The notes under the pieces: model-generated
What the model was told of the DNA's origin: nothing
Seen by the model: only the letters and a program-made list of their open reading frames with translations
Database searches by the model: none
Part shown: in pieces, positions 62,060 to 64,000 of the stretch
Layout: each line of letters opens with the position of its first letter
Numbering within the stretch: position 1 is the first letter of the stretch
Program-made: the position numbers and the translations under genes
DNA from: Squalus acanthias
Lineage: Eukaryota
Direction: 5' to 3'
Assembly: GCA_030390025.1 (NCBI GenBank)
Contig: JASTWF010000323.1
Span: 186,001-250,000 of the forward strand
DNA: 64,000 bases

Positions 62060-64000
62060 ATAAATAATATCAATCAAAATTACAAACACTAAAGGTCTAT
62101 TACAAATCCATAATAACATCGATCAATAATGTAAATATTCAAGATATTTTACAAATCCTTAATAAATAACATCAATAGTAATGCAAATATTAAAGATTTA
62201 TTGCAGATCCTTAATAAATAACATTAATCAATAATGCAAATATTGAAGAACTATTACAAAAGTTAATAAATAATATTGATAAATCATGTAAATGTTTAAG
62301 ATCTATTACAAATCCGTAATAAGTAATATCAATCAATAACGCAAATATTAAAGATTTATTGCAAATCGTTAATACATAACATCACTCAATAATGCAAATA
62401 TTAAGGATCTATTACAAATCCTTAATAAATAATAAGGTTCAATAATGCAAATTTTAAAGATCTATTACAAATCCTTAATAAATAACATCAACAAATAATT
62501 AAAATATCAAAGATCTATTACAAATGCTTAATCAATATCTTGGATCATTAATGCAAATATGAAATGATCTATTACAAATCCTTACAAAAAAAATCGATCG
62601 ATAATGCAAATATTAAAGATCTATTGCAAATCCTTAACAAATAATATCCCTCAAAATACAAATATTAAAGATCTATTACAAATCCTTAATAAATAATATC
62701 AATTAATAATGCAAATAATAATCATCTTTTACCAATTCTGAATATATAACTTGGATCATTAATGCAAATATTAAAGATCTATTACAAATCCTTACAAAAT
62801 AATATCGATCAATAATGCAAATATTAAAGATCTATTACAAATCCTTAATAAATAATATCAATCAAACATGCAAATATTAAAGATCTATTATAAATCCTGA
62901 ATAAGTAACATCAATCAATAATTCAAATAAAGAACTATTGCAAATCCTTAAAAATAACATAAATCAATAATGCAAATATTAAATATCTATTACAAATCCA
63001 TGATAAATAATATCACTAACATAAAAATTAAAGATCTATTTCAAATCCATAATACATATCAATCAAGAAGGAAATATTTAAGAACAATTACAAATGTTTA
63101 ATGAATAATATAAATCAATCATGCAAATATTAAAGATCTATTACAAAACGTTAATCAATAATATAAATCAATAATCAAATATTAAAGAGCAATTACAAAT
63201 CCTACATAAATAATATCAATCATTATTGCAAATATTAATTATCTATTACAAATCCATACTAAATAATATCAATAATGCAAATAGTAAACATCTAATACAT
63301 ATCGTTAATAAATAATATCAATTAATAATGCAAATATTAAAGATCTATTTCAAAAGCTTAATAAATAACGTCAGTCAATCAAGGAAATATTAAAGATCTA
63401 TTATATATCCATAATTATTAATATCAATCAATAATGCTAATATTAATGTTCTATAACAATCCATAATAAATAACATCACTCAATAATGCAAATATTAAAG
63501 ATCTATTACAAATTCATAATCAATAAAATCAATCAATCATGAAACTATTGAAGATCTTTCACAAACCCTTAATAATATTATTAATCAGTAATGCAAATAT
63601 TAAAGATATATTACAAATCAATAATATAATAATATTGATCAATATTGCAAATATTAAAGATCCATTAACAATCCTTAATAAATAGCATCAATCAATAATG
63701 CAAATATTAAAGTTCTATTAAAATCCTGTAATTATTATCATCAATCAATAATGTAAATATTAAAGATCTATTGCAAATGCATAATATATAATATCAATCA
63801 ATAATGAAAATATTAAAAAACTATTACAAATCCTAAACAAATAATATCTATCAATAATTCAAATAGCAAAGACTTATTACAATTCCTGAATAGTTTTCAT
63901 CAACCAATAATGCAAATATTAAGGATCTATTACAAATCCTTAATATATAACATCAATTAATAATTCAAATATTAAAGATCTATTACAAATCTTTAATAAA
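62060..64000. repeat. 53-bp AT-rich satellite (AATAATGCAAATATTAAAGATCTATTACAAATCCTTAATAAATAATATCAATC), running off the window end
   Basis: About 36 units; many carry ATGCAAAT and AGATCT. Confidence 0.95.

Overview
This is repeat-dense vertebrate genomic DNA, most likely from a cartilaginous fish (shark/ray), judging by CR1 LINEs with HER1-type tails, L2 LINEs, tRNA-derived SINEs and a GPR139-like receptor fragment at 1-296. Almost all long ORFs in the supplied track are artefacts of tandem repeats or decayed LINEs. The main result is a spliced minus-strand gene (about 54.2 kb to 26.0 kb) that the ORF track does not show as a gene. It has two tandem uromodulin/GP2/OIT3-type D8C (D10C) modules of 3 exons each, made by a ~10 kb tandem segmental duplication. 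These are followed by five duplicated phase-1 exon units (four 96 bp, one probably 90 bp) encoding a Ser/Thr/Glu/Pro stalk, then three exons of an unrecognised C-terminal region; no ZP domain is visible. The two D8C copies differ far more in an exon than in the adjacent intron, suggesting diversifying selection. The downstream copy has an apparent 1-nt frameshift. The window also holds four large satellites: a ~9 kb CpG-rich YY1-motif array, an ~8 kb 27-mer, a ~3.5 kb ~28-mer and an octamer-containing 53-mer. There is a promoter-like CpG region at ~21.2-21.8 kb, and several nested LINE insertions.
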